From the NCBI GenBank assembly GCA_964451985.1, contig CAYVKB010000005.1, positions 1 through 57,497 on the forward strand: 57,497 bases of DNA, in the 5' to 3' direction. The position numbers were made by a program, and so were the translations under genes. The notes beneath the pieces are model-generated. The model made no database searches. It was given only the letters and a program-made list of their open reading frames with translations, and was not told where the DNA came from. Source of the DNA: an uncultured Fimbriimonadales bacterium. GTDB taxonomy: Bacteria > Armatimonadota > Fimbriimonadia > Fimbriimonadales > GBS-DC. Shown in pieces: positions 21,259 through 30,481 of the stretch. Each line of letters opens with the position of its first letter. The first letter of the stretch is position 1.

Positions 21259-21321
21259 GTGTGGCACGGACATTCCTGTCCGTGTGCTGTTGCTGCTTGG
21301 ACAACCCTGTCCAAGCCACAC
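21259..21321 (+). terminator. Compound structure: two tandem GGACA-N4-TGTCC hairpins closed by a GTGTGGC/GCCACAC helix
   Basis: CACGGACA-ttcc-TGTCCGTG (21265-21284) and CTTGGACA-accc-TGTCCAAG (21296-21315). The outer arms are 21259-21265 and 21315-21321. It begins 1 nt after the thioesterase stop. Confidence 0.45.
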
Positions 21322-21364
21322 GAGGTAGGTAGCTTGGACAAGATTGTCTGAGCCACTGTGGATT

Positions 21365-23443
21365 ATGGAGCGACAACTCTTGCCTGACGATAAATTAACC
21401 GAAGCGGCGCAGCACTTAGTAGAAGAGGCGGTAGTACTGGCAGGAGGCAAACCGCCCGACGCGCGGCACCTGCTACTGGCGCTGCTGCGCACGCACGCGC
21501 CCGTCGTGAAGCAATTACTACCGCAGGTGGATATCAACAAGCTGGAGCAAGCAGTTGAGAAGGAACTGCAGACCCCTCACTCGAGAGTTGCCCTACCCTA
21601 CGAAGGCATCATTGAACTGGCGATGCGCATCGCCGAGCGCGAGCAGCAGCCCCTCACGGACGTCCCACACATCCTGAAAGCCATCGCCGTGCTGACAGGG
21701 CTGCTGGAACGCGAGGAGGTGTTCCCTGCGCCACCCGTGATTTTTCAGGTGGGGCTGAACCTCACCGAGCAAGCGCAACAGGGCAAAATCCCGCAGGTAG
21801 TCGGGCGCGAGACGGAGATTGACCTGCTAATAGAGGTACTGTGCCGCCCGATTAACCCCTACGCCGTGCTGGTGGGCATGGAAGGCGTGGGGCGACGCGC
21901 GGTGGTGCAGGGCGTGGCGCAGCGCATCGCCGACGGCAGCGCGCCCGAACCCCTGCGCAACCGCCCCCTCTTTATGCTGCCTCAGATGTTCGACCACCCC
22001 GAACTGATGCGCAATCTGATTGAGGAAGCCATCCAGCAGCAGGCAATACTGTATATCGAGCCATTCGAGATATTCCTGAGCGCGCCCGTGCCGCCGATTG
22101 AAGTACTACGGATGGAATTCCTTTCCGCACTGATTGCGCGCCGTGTGCCCATCATCGGTGCGATTAGCAGCCTGCAGGGGCTGCGGCGGCACATCAATCG
22201 CGCGCCCGACCTGCTGAAGCGGTTCCAGCCCATCGAAATCCGCCCGCTGACCGCCGACGAGACACTGACCGTGCTGCAGCAACTCGCCGCGCTGTTCGCC
22301 GAGCAGCAGGGCATGCAGTTCCCCGACGAAACCCTGCGTCAGATTGTCAGTGTAGCGGGTGAGCACATCCAGCACCGCCCATTCCCCGATAAAGCCATCC
22401 TACTGATGGACCACGTGGCGGGCAGGGCGCGAGCGCACGGGCTGACGCGCATCGAACCTCATCAGGTGTGGGAGACGGCGGGCGTCGTCACAGGGCTGCC
22501 CATCGGCAAAGGTGAGCTGTCGATGCTGGAATCGCTGCTCGAGCTGGAGACGTTCCTCAAATCGCGCGTGGTGGGGCAAGATGAAGCCATCGAAACCCTA
22601 GTGCGCGTGTTCAGCCTCAAAATCCGCCGCCTCGACCTACGCCCGGAGCGACCCAACGGCGTGTTTCTGTTCGCGGGTCCCACAGGCGTCGGCAAGACGG
22701 AGACCGCTCGTGCCCTCGCGGAATTCTTTTTCGGCTCGCGCGACAAGATGCTGCGCCTTGATATGAACCAGTTCTACGAGGCGCACACAGCGGCGCGACT
22801 GCTGGGCGCAGAGTTCGGCTACGTGGGCTTCGAGCAGGGCGCACCGTTGCTGGATTTCGTCGCCGAAAACCCCTTCTGCGTCGTGTTGCTGGACGAGATG
22901 GAGAAAGCACACCGCGAGATTCACAAACTGTTCCTGCAAATCTTCGACGACGGCTACATCGTGGATGCGCAGGGCAGGCGCGTCTCGTTCGCCGATAGCG
23001 TGATTATCATGACCTCGAACCTGCAACCCGAGGCGGAGGTCGGTTTCTTGCGTGCGCAGCCCTCGCTGGAGGACTGGCGCAAGGCGTTCGCTGACTACTT
23101 CGCGCCAGAGTTTATCAACCGTGTGGACGCAATTTGCGTGTTCAAGCCGCTGGAGCGTGAGACCATCCACACTATTGTGCGCGACCGCCTATTGAGCCAG
23201 ATTGTCGCCGCTTACCGTAAGCGCAACATCGAACTCATAGTGAGCGATGAGGCGGTTGAATGGCTGGTGGAACAAGGCTACAGCGAGCATTACGGTGCAC
23301 GCGAGCTGGAGCGCGTGGTGGAGCGCAGCATGCTGCTACTATTAGCTCCACATGTACCCGCTATGATGGACGCCGTGAGCGGGGCGACTCAACGGTTTGA
23401 GGTCGCCGTAGAGAGTGGGCGGCTAAGCCTCAGGAGTCTGTAG
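21365..23443 (+). CDS. ClpA/ClpC-family AAA+ protein with Clp_N domain, degenerate NBD1 and intact NBD2
   Basis: Clp_N repeats. VVGRETEIDLLIEVL, then VLVGMEGVGRRAVV (Walker A GxxGxGKT decayed to GVGRR) and ILYIEPFE (Walker B lost). NBD2 is intact: FLFAGPTGVGKTETARALA, VVLLDEMEKAH, IIMTSN. No M-domain coiled coil. Confidence 0.85.
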   Translation: MERQLLPDDKLTEAAQHLVEEAVVLAGGKPPDARHLLLALLRTHAPVVKQLLPQVDINKLEQAVEKELQTPHSRVALPYEGIIELAMRIAEREQQPLTDVPHILKAIAVLTGLLEREEVFPAPPVIFQVGLNLTEQAQQGKIPQVVGRETEIDLLIEVLCRPINPYAVLVGMEGVGRRAVVQGVAQRIADGSAPEPLRNRPLFMLPQMFDHPELMRNLIEEAIQQQAILYIEPFEIFLSAPVPPIEVLRMEFLSALIARRVPIIGAISSLQGLRRHINRAPDLLKRFQPIEIRPLTADETLTVLQQLAALFAEQQGMQFPDETLRQIVSVAGEHIQHRPFPDKAILLMDHVAGRARAHGLTRIEPHQVWETAGVVTGLPIGKGELSMLESLLELETFLKSRVVGQDEAIETLVRVFSLKIRRLDLRPERPNGVFLFAGPTGVGKTETARALAEFFFGSRDKMLRLDMNQFYEAHTAARLLGAEFGYVGFEQGAPLLDFVAENPFCVVLLDEMEKAHREIHKLFLQIFDDGYIVDAQGRRVSFADSVIIMTSNLQPEAEVGFLRAQPSLEDWRKAFADYFAPEFINRVDAICVFKPLERETIHTIVRDRLLSQIVAAYRKRNIELIVSDEAVEWLVEQGYSEHYGARELERVVERSMLLLLAPHVPAMMDAVSGATQRFEVAVESGRLSLRSL

Positions 23444-24590
23444 CGCGCTTCTGCATCCCTGCGGCAAGCGTAATCACTACCCCCATAAGCGCGCCCAGGT
23501 ACCCCGCTGCACCCGCGCCTACCAACCCAGCAGCAGCGGGACCAATCACATAGCCCAGCGAGTAGAAGGCATGCAGAATCGCCAAGCCTGCGCCGCGCAT
23601 GGTGTTGGGAGCGTTCTCGAAGGCGGCTAAATGCACGGCAGGAAAAGACAGCCCGAACCCAACGCCGAACAGTGCAACGGCGAGCCACGCGCCCGTGGGC
23701 ACCTGCATGGCGTTCAGGGCTATCGCACCCCCCACAAAAAAGCCCAGCCCCAACTGTGCCCTGCCGAACGCGCCTCCCAATAATCCGCCCCGCCGCACCG
23801 ACACCATGATGAGAATCGAGACCAGCGCAAGCAACCCGAACATCCGCCCGCGATACGCCGCGTCATACCCGGCAGCCTCCAACGACACAGGCAACGCAAA
23901 AGTGAGCATGCCCATCAGCATTGTCATGCCCAGCGTGAATAGATACACGGCGCGCAAGGCAGGCAACTTTAACACCGCAAGAGGCGTCGCACGTTCACCT
24001 GTATGCGACGCGCGAGGCGGTTCGTGAAGCAGCATCGCCACTGCACCGCCGATAATCATTAGTCCCGCCACACTCCAGAACAGCACGGACTCGCCATAGT
24101 GTTTGGCGAGGATACCGCCCAGAGGCGGGGCAAGTAGCGCGACCAGCCCAATCAGTGCGCCTGCGCCGCCCATCGCTCCCACGCGGTTCGATTTCCCGTA
24201 CTCGCCCACCAGCGCAAACAGCGCGGGCACAAACACCGCCCCCGTCGCCCCATGCAACAACCGCAACGCCATCAGCATTTCGGCGTTCTGCGCCAGTGGG
24301 TAAAGCGCAATCAGTACGCCCGCCGCCCAGAGGCTCAGCGCCATCGGCAGCCGCCGCCCGAAACGGTCAATCAGCGCGCCCGAATAGAAGTTTGCCAACA
24401 GGTTCGCCAGCGAGTAGAGGCTCAGTATCAGCCCCGCATGCGCCTCACTTGCGCCCAGTGCGCGTTGGGCGTAGGGGGCTAAAACGGGCACAATCGCAAA
24501 GGTATCCAGAAACGCGACCAGTGCAATCCAGCCCAGCGCCAGCCACGCAAGCCGCCCTGCCCCCTGCCGTGTGTCTACCTCCGTTTGCAT
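23430..24590 (-). CDS. MFS transporter
   Basis: About 12 predicted hydrophobic helices, with the loop motif GALIDRFGRRLPM (MFS signature G-x3-D-R/K-x-G-R-R/K). Confidence 0.85.
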   Translation of the reverse strand: MQTEVDTRQGAGRLAWLALGWIALVAFLDTFAIVPVLAPYAQRALGASEAHAGLILSLYSLANLLANFYSGALIDRFGRRLPMALSLWAAGVLIALYPLAQNAEMLMALRLLHGATGAVFVPALFALVGEYGKSNRVGAMGGAGALIGLVALLAPPLGGILAKHYGESVLFWSVAGLMIIGGAVAMLLHEPPRASHTGERATPLAVLKLPALRAVYLFTLGMTMLMGMLTFALPVSLEAAGYDAAYRGRMFGLLALVSILIMVSVRRGGLLGGAFGRAQLGLGFFVGGAIALNAMQVPTGAWLAVALFGVGFGLSFPAVHLAAFENAPNTMRGAGLAILHAFYSLGYVIGPAAAGLVGAGAAGYLGALMGVVITLAAGMQKRATDS

Positions 24591-24662
24591 CCGAGGGTTA
24601 AGGATACCTGTTGAAGCGTCCCCACTGGCTTATTGATGCAAAGCCTGTGCCGCCTACGGAAG

Positions 24663-26687
24663 CTATCGTTTCACTTCTCGTCGTACTCCTGCCTGCGATA
24701 CGTCGAACGGTTGGAATCCGATCGCTCGCGCAGGGGAGTCGGGTTTAAAGCGGAAGTCGCCCGTTTCGGGGTTTTCGAACAGCGGGTCGACGAGGCGCGA
24801 GTGGGTATCTTGCCCTTTTGTCTGCCATCCCTGAAGGTCATCGCTCCCGAAGCGCAACTCAGGACCGTCCACGCGCCAGTAAAGGTTATAATCGAAGCGG
24901 AGGTTGGCGTCGATTCCGCCCGCGATCCACTGCGCGCCCTTGCCCAGCACGATGTTGCGCTCGAAAATCACGCGGAGATGCGGCTCCGGGCGCGTGAGTT
25001 GAATCTGGTGATCGCGCCCGTAGGCGAAGATGTTGTTGCGCACGATGTTCTCGCGCCCATAGTGCTGGTGAAAGCCGCCGTGTGTAGTGCGGTACACAAG
25101 GTTGTTCTCCGCGAGGATGCCTGTACTGCCCTCATCGAAATAGATGCCCCAGCCCCCGTAGCGGTACGCGGCGATATCGTGCCAGTGGTTGTTGCGAATG
25201 ACTGTGCCGTGTTGCGTGCCCAGCGTGTAGATGCCGCCCATGTCGCTCAGAATCGGACCGTCGCCGTTCGCGCGCTTGCCGATGTGATGCACATGGTTGA
25301 ACTCCACGCGATTGCCACCCGCCAGCGAATCGGTATAACCCCACGTCCAGCCGATAGAGATGCCCGTGTAGTAGAAATCGCGAATGGTGTTGTGTACAAT
25401 TCGATTGCTGTAGCTTTGCCCAATCCACACGCCAATCGCGCTGGCGAACCGTTTACCGCCGTCCTGAATCATGCAATCCTGCACAACGTTGCCATAGGTT
25501 TGCTCGCGTTTATCGGGGCGGATGGTCGGCTCACCGATTTTGACGCCACCTGCGCCCAAATCTTGAAGGTCGCAGCGCTCGATGCGGTTATACTGGCAGC
25601 CGCGTCCGAGTTCGATGGCGTAGGTTCCGACTTGCTCGACGATGCACTCGGCAATTGCGCAGTGGCGTGCGCCCTCGAGGTAAATCGCTGCGGGCACACC
25701 GAACGCCGCCTGTACAAAGCCAGCCGAATCGGGCGGAAGCGACCATTCGGCATGGCGGAACACAAGCCCCTGCAGGCGCACACCCTCCACATACCGTCTC
25801 TCTTCGGGCTTGCCGACGATGCGCAGCAGTTGAGGTAGCGCGGCGATATAAACTTCCGCCGTGTCGGGACGTTCACCCTCGCGCGGCAGGTAGTAAAGTT
25901 TGCCTTCTGCGCGGCTGAGATACCATTCGCCCGGCGTGTCCAACGCTTCAGGCAGGTTCTCCAAGTAATATAGGTCGCCTTCCTGCAGCGCGAAGGTACT
26001 GCGGATAGCGAAGTTTAGGATGCGCTGCTCGGTGTCCTGCGATTGGATAGGCAGACGGTTCTCTACCCAACGGTTGAAGACCATCGCCTCGCCTTCGGTA
26101 GGGCTTCGTAGGTTGGGCAGGTCGCCCACGCGGTAGCGGAAGCGCGTGTGCCCCTGAAACCAGTCGGGCGTTGTGTCCAGCAGCCCCTCCACTTGCAGGT
26201 AGCCTGTGTTCGGGTAGCGGGCGCGTGTGGCGCGTACGCCGTTCACAAACAGCTGGCGGAAGTAAAGTTTGCCCTCGCGCACGGCGGGCAGGTCGGCTAT
26301 CCAGACGGGTTTACCGTACCATTCGGCGGTTTGCCACTCACGAAGGGGCTGCCCACCACTGATTATCACGCACTCGCTCGGCTCGGCAACAATCGCGAGG
26401 TCGCGCTGTGCCTGCTCGGTGTGTTCAGGGGTGATGAGAATCGGCTCGGTCAGCAGATACACGCCCCCGCGCAGGCGTATCTCGGTGGGCGTGGGTTCAC
26501 CCTGCAGTATTAGCTCCAGCGCGCGTTTCAGGCTGGCGACGGGCCCGTCGGTGCGGGCGCGATTGGGCGCAGGCAATTTCCCCGTCCAAGCGTCGTTGCC
26601 GTTGGGCGCGACGTAAATCGTCCGTTTTTGGGCTGGCGTGTGCATCATCGTCAATACCGCCGTGAGTAGCAGGCACAGCGCTCGCAT
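24663..26687 (-). CDS. Secreted right-handed parallel beta-helix protein (pectin-lyase-fold glycosidase/lyase-like)
   Basis: Signal peptide MRALCLLLTAVLTMMHTPAQ. IYVAPNGNDAWTG (DUF1565-like entry). Repeated NNxxxxxxxxGI/GG rungs (NRIVHNTIRD, VIRNNHWHDI, ILAENNLVYR, IVRNNIF). Confidence 0.75.
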   Translation of the reverse strand: MRALCLLLTAVLTMMHTPAQKRTIYVAPNGNDAWTGKLPAPNRARTDGPVASLKRALELILQGEPTPTEIRLRGGVYLLTEPILITPEHTEQAQRDLAIVAEPSECVIISGGQPLREWQTAEWYGKPVWIADLPAVREGKLYFRQLFVNGVRATRARYPNTGYLQVEGLLDTTPDWFQGHTRFRYRVGDLPNLRSPTEGEAMVFNRWVENRLPIQSQDTEQRILNFAIRSTFALQEGDLYYLENLPEALDTPGEWYLSRAEGKLYYLPREGERPDTAEVYIAALPQLLRIVGKPEERRYVEGVRLQGLVFRHAEWSLPPDSAGFVQAAFGVPAAIYLEGARHCAIAECIVEQVGTYAIELGRGCQYNRIERCDLQDLGAGGVKIGEPTIRPDKREQTYGNVVQDCMIQDGGKRFASAIGVWIGQSYSNRIVHNTIRDFYYTGISIGWTWGYTDSLAGGNRVEFNHVHHIGKRANGDGPILSDMGGIYTLGTQHGTVIRNNHWHDIAAYRYGGWGIYFDEGSTGILAENNLVYRTTHGGFHQHYGRENIVRNNIFAYGRDHQIQLTRPEPHLRVIFERNIVLGKGAQWIAGGIDANLRFDYNLYWRVDGPELRFGSDDLQGWQTKGQDTHSRLVDPLFENPETGDFRFKPDSPARAIGFQPFDVSQAGVRREVKR

Positions 26688-26692
26688 ACGGG

Positions 26693-26698
26693 TACAAT
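26693..26698 (+). promoter_or_regulatory. -10 box (GGGTACAAT), 6 nt upstream of the rodA GTG (leaderless), inside a 17-bp divergent spacer
   Basis: The sequence reads catacgggTACAATttccgtGTG. Confidence 0.5.
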
Positions 26699-26704
26699 TT
26701 CCGT

Positions 26705-27835
26705 GTGGCGGTTCAGACTCCTACAGTTGGCTCGTGGGTGGAGCGGCTGCGCCTGCGCTATGTGGATGTGCCGTTGCTTATCAGTACGCTGATTCTGACA
26801 AGTGCGGGGCTGGCGGCGTTGTATAGCGCGACTTACCAGTGGTCGCCCGCGATTTTTCGGCGGCAGTTGGTATTTCTGGCGCTGGGCGTCGTGCTGGCGA
26901 TTGGCTTAGCAAGTATCAAGCCCAGCGTGTGGCAGCGATACAGCAAGCCACTCTACGGGCTGAATGTAGCGATGCTGCTGGGGGTGTTGCTATTCGGCGC
27001 GGAGCGCAAAGGGGCGCAACGCTGGCTCGAGCTGCCCGGTGGATTCCAGCTACAGCCGTCGGAGCTGGCAAAGATTTTGCTGATTCTGACACTAGCGGCG
27101 TGGTTGGTGCGTCAGGGCGAGGCAATCCGCACGCCGAAGGGGTTCCTGCTCTCGGCAGTGCAGATGGCGGTTCCCGCGCTGCTCGTGTTCAAACAGCCCG
27201 ACTTGGGTACTTCCATCGTGTTTGCAGTGCTATGGTTCGTGATGGTCTTTTTGGCGGGAGCGAGGGCGCACTGGCTCTGGCTGACCGTAATCGCAGGCAT
27301 GCTGGGCTTCTGGGGGTTGTGGCATTTTGATATCCTGAAAGACTATCAGAAAGCGCGGCTGGTCTCGTTTATGAATCCCGAAGCCGACCCTCAACAGAGT
27401 GGGTATCACATCCTGCAGGCGCGGATTGCCGTCGGCAGCGGACAACTCATAGGCAAGGGCTACTTACAAGGCACGCAGAAGAACCTGCGCTACATCCCGG
27501 AGCAGCATACCGACTTCATTTTCGTGGTGGTGGCAGAAGAGTTGGGCTTCGTGGGTGCAGTAGGGCTGCTGGCGCTGTACGGCGCATTCTTGTATACCAT
27601 CTGGCGATTGATGACGCGCACGCGAAACGAGTACCATCGGCTGGTGGTCGGTGGCATCCTCACGCTGTTCACTTTCCATCTACTCACCAATGTGGGTATG
27701 ACGATAGGGCTGTTTCCTGTGGTGGGCATTCCGTTGCCGTTTGTGAGCTATGGGGGCACGATGCTCTGGGCGGCTCTGGCGGCGGTAGGCTTGCTGCAGG
27801 CGATTAGTCTGCGTGAGACGCCGGTGAAGATATAG
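26705..27835 (+). CDS. rodA: SEDS-family peptidoglycan glycosyltransferase (RodA/FtsW)
   Basis: FQLQPSELAKILLIL, GYHILQARIAVGSGQLIGKGYLQGTQ, IPEQHTDFIF, LPFVSYGGT. Confidence 0.85.
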   Translation: MAVQTPTVGSWVERLRLRYVDVPLLISTLILTSAGLAALYSATYQWSPAIFRRQLVFLALGVVLAIGLASIKPSVWQRYSKPLYGLNVAMLLGVLLFGAERKGAQRWLELPGGFQLQPSELAKILLILTLAAWLVRQGEAIRTPKGFLLSAVQMAVPALLVFKQPDLGTSIVFAVLWFVMVFLAGARAHWLWLTVIAGMLGFWGLWHFDILKDYQKARLVSFMNPEADPQQSGYHILQARIAVGSGQLIGKGYLQGTQKNLRYIPEQHTDFIFVVVAEELGFVGAVGLLALYGAFLYTIWRLMTRTRNEYHRLVVGGILTLFTFHLLTNVGMTIGLFPVVGIPLPFVSYGGTMLWAALAAVGLLQAISLRETPVKI

Positions 27836-27856
27836 TGAATTGAGCGGCAAAAGCGT

Positions 27857-29278
27857 TCAGTCAAACGGAGACTCCGCTTGCTCCTCTCTGCCCCGCTCGC
27901 GGGGTGCGCCTAAAGCGAGTCCGACCGCCTCTTGCACGGTGCGGGCGGGCAAGGCAGTGAGCGGTAGGCGTTCGTGTGGGCGTTGGAGGTTGCTGCGGGG
28001 TACTATCGCGTGTTGGAAGCCCAATCGCGCCGCCTCATACAAGCGCGCTTCCAATCGGGGTACGCCACGCACCTCGCCGCCCAGCCCCACCTCGCCGAAC
28101 ACTACCAAATCTGGACGTAGCGGACGGTTGCGCATCGCCGATGCGACGGCAATTAGCACGGCTAAGTCGGCGGCAGGCTCGTTGACGCGCACGCCCCCCG
28201 CCGCATTCACGAACACATCGTGCGAGAGCATCCGCATGCCCAGCCGCTTCTCCATTACCGCCAGTGCAAGACTCACACGCTCGTAGCTCAGCCCTGTGAT
28301 TACGCGGCGCGGCGTGTTTAGAAACGAGGGCGTCGTGAGTGCCTGCACCTCCACCAGCATCGCACGGCTGCCTTCCAAGAGCGGAAACACCACCGAGCCT
28401 GACGCATCGGCGGCGCGCTCGGCAAGCAACCGCTCCGACGGATTCGGCACAGGCACCAGTCCTTCAGATTGCATATCGAACACACCAATCTCGTCTGTTG
28501 CGCCGAACCGGTTCTTGCTGGCACGCAACACGCGAAACAGCCCTTGCGGGTCTCCCTCAAAATACAGCACCACATCCACCAGATGCTCCAGCACTTTGGG
28601 TCCTGCGATTGCGCCCTCTTTGGTAACATGCCCAATCAGGAACAGCGCGATTTCCTGCTCTTTGGCGATTTGCTGCAGGGTAGTGGCGCAGGCGCGGATT
28701 TGCGAGACGGTGCCCGGCGGGTTGTCAATCTGCGCTGTGTAGAGGGTCTGGATAGAGTCGAGGACGGCGACAGCGGGCTGCTCGGTATGCAGTAAGCCTA
28801 ACACGGTCTCCAGTTCGGCGGCTGCGGCAGCCTGCAGGTTCGGGCTGAGCGTGTGTAGGCGTCGGGCACGCAGCTGCAACTGGCGCAGTGACTCCTCGCC
28901 CGTGATGTAGACCACCTTACCGTTCTGCGCCAGTCCGTGCGCGGCTTGCAGTAGCAGCGTGCTTTTACCGATGCCGGGTTCGCCGCCCAGCAATATTAGC
29001 GAGCCGGGCACCACGCCCCCGCCCAGTACACGATCGAACTCATCGATCCCTGTAGGCAGGCGCGCTTCGGTAGTCTCACTGAGGTTCGCGACGGGCTGGG
29101 CATGCGCAACGATGGGCGTCGGGCGTGCGGCGGCGCGAGCGGAGGCGGCTGGGCGCGGGGGCGTGGCGGTTTCCTCCTGCAGCGTGTTCCACGCGCCGCA
29201 CTCCGGGCACTGCCCCATCCAGCGCGGCGCGCTGTAGCCGCACTCGGTACAGACATACTGCACGCGGGTTCTGGGCAT
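27857..29278 (-). CDS. radA: DNA repair protein RadA/Sms
   Basis: Zinc ribbon CTECGYSAPRWMGQCPECGAWNT, Walker A LLGGEPGIGKSTLLLQ, KNRFG, and a Lon-like C-terminal domain. The ATG at 29278 lies 2 nt after the upstream gene's stop. Confidence 0.93.
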   Translation of the reverse strand: MPRTRVQYVCTECGYSAPRWMGQCPECGAWNTLQEETATPPRPAASARAAARPTPIVAHAQPVANLSETTEARLPTGIDEFDRVLGGGVVPGSLILLGGEPGIGKSTLLLQAAHGLAQNGKVVYITGEESLRQLQLRARRLHTLSPNLQAAAAAELETVLGLLHTEQPAVAVLDSIQTLYTAQIDNPPGTVSQIRACATTLQQIAKEQEIALFLIGHVTKEGAIAGPKVLEHLVDVVLYFEGDPQGLFRVLRASKNRFGATDEIGVFDMQSEGLVPVPNPSERLLAERAADASGSVVFPLLEGSRAMLVEVQALTTPSFLNTPRRVITGLSYERVSLALAVMEKRLGMRMLSHDVFVNAAGGVRVNEPAADLAVLIAVASAMRNRPLRPDLVVFGEVGLGGEVRGVPRLEARLYEAARLGFQHAIVPRSNLQRPHERLPLTALPARTVQEAVGLALGAPRERGREEQAESPFD

Positions 29279-29280
29279 AA

Positions 29281-30396
29281 TTAGCCTGAATTGTAGCATG
29301 CGCCGTAGTCACGGGCGGGGCTATCAGGCATGCAGCGCAAATCGCCCGCGTCGGGGTTTTGCAAGCGTGGGTCGCGCCCGTACACGCCACCTGCTTCAGG
29401 AGTAGGCAGGCGTGGTTGACTCTGGCGTGGAGCGTCAGCGCAGTACCACCAGTTCTCCTTAAACTGGAAAGTTTCGGGAGCGGTGTTCGGTCCGATGTTC
29501 ACGCCGCCTGACGCCCAACGCGCCGAGTGGAACACCACGATATTGCGCCGAAACACCCCTCCGCGCGAAGGCACAAAGCCCGCGTTCGTATTCTCCTGCA
29601 GAATGCGCAGGATCCAGCGCGTAGGCACGTAGAATGTGTTATACTGCACCAGTGCGCCGTCGACGCCTACGAACGCAATCGGGGCTTCCGAGCCGATGAA
29701 CTCGCAGAACTCGACAGTAATCGCGCGGGCTTCGGCGTGTTGCCCGCCCGGAGCCAGTGGCGGGCGGAAAAACTCCAGCCCCGTGCTACCGCCGATGTTC
29801 ACTGCACGTCGCCCTGCGTGCTCGAATCGGCAACGGGCTACCACAATCTGACTGGAGCCGCCTTTGGTCTGAACCCCGACGCCCCAAGCGTCGCGGGCTT
29901 GCAGCAGGCACTCTTGAATACGCCCTTTGTGGCAGCCCACGATGTCGATGCCTTGCCCCGCACTGCCCCAGTTATAGATACGGCACGTCTCAATAGTGAA
30001 CTCGGTCAGCCCAGATAGTTTCAACGCCTCGACGTTGCCCTGCGTACCTGCGTGGCGCAATTCCAATCGGCTGAGGCTAATGCCCTCTACCAGCCGTGTG
30101 CGAACGCCACCGTCGTCGATGTTCAGGCAGTGAACCGTTTGCCCCTCGAACCGTAAGTCGCTGATATGCCAGTGGTCGCATCGGCTAAACTGGATACCGC
30201 GCGTGCTGCCGCGAATCGTCGCAGGACGGTTCGGATCCCGCGAACTCAGGCGAATGGGCTGTTTTGCTGTGCCCGAAACGCCCTGCACAAATAATCCCCC
30301 CTCAATAAGAGGTGCGTCGATTTGTATCCAGTCGCCCGGTTGGGCAGTCTGCAACGCCTTAATCAGCTCTGCCCGCGTGCGCACGATACGCGGCAT
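29281..30396 (-). CDS. Right-handed beta-helix protein (polysaccharide-lyase/chondroitinase-B-like fold) with no signal peptide
   Basis: N-terminus [19 protein letters not shown]... followed by repeated beta-helix rungs ([40 protein letters not shown]). Start set at ATG 30396. Confidence 0.6.
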   Translation of the reverse strand: MPRIVRTRAELIKALQTAQPGDWIQIDAPLIEGGLFVQGVSGTAKQPIRLSSRDPNRPATIRGSTRGIQFSRCDHWHISDLRFEGQTVHCLNIDDGGVRTRLVEGISLSRLELRHAGTQGNVEALKLSGLTEFTIETCRIYNWGSAGQGIDIVGCHKGRIQECLLQARDAWGVGVQTKGGSSQIVVARCRFEHAGRRAVNIGGSTGLEFFRPPLAPGGQHAEARAITVEFCEFIGSEAPIAFVGVDGALVQYNTFYVPTRWILRILQENTNAGFVPSRGGVFRRNIVVFHSARWASGGVNIGPNTAPETFQFKENWWYCADAPRQSQPRLPTPEAGGVYGRDPRLQNPDAGDLRCMPDSPARDYGACYNSG

Positions 30397-30429
30397 ACGC
30401 CAAGTGTACCTGCTGGGGGCACCAGCAAG

Positions 30430-30435
30430 TATAAT
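30430..30435 (+). promoter_or_regulatory. -10 box (TATAAT) for ndk (leadered; AGGAGG SD at 30471-30476)
   Basis: The sequence reads caagTATAATtaggg...aAGGAGGaacagATG. Confidence 0.45.
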
Positions 30436-30481
30436 TAGGGCGCGGGAAAGCCGCAATAGTCAATCAAGTAAGGAGGAACAG

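Noticed and set aside
24633-25838. 401-aa ORF antisense to the secreted beta-helix gene. Similar shadow ORFs lie at 6355-7224 (opposite aroA), 16643-17275 (opposite gyrB) and 875-1477.
   Set aside because: The reasoning is the same: no start context, no motifs, and full containment within well-supported genes on the other strand.
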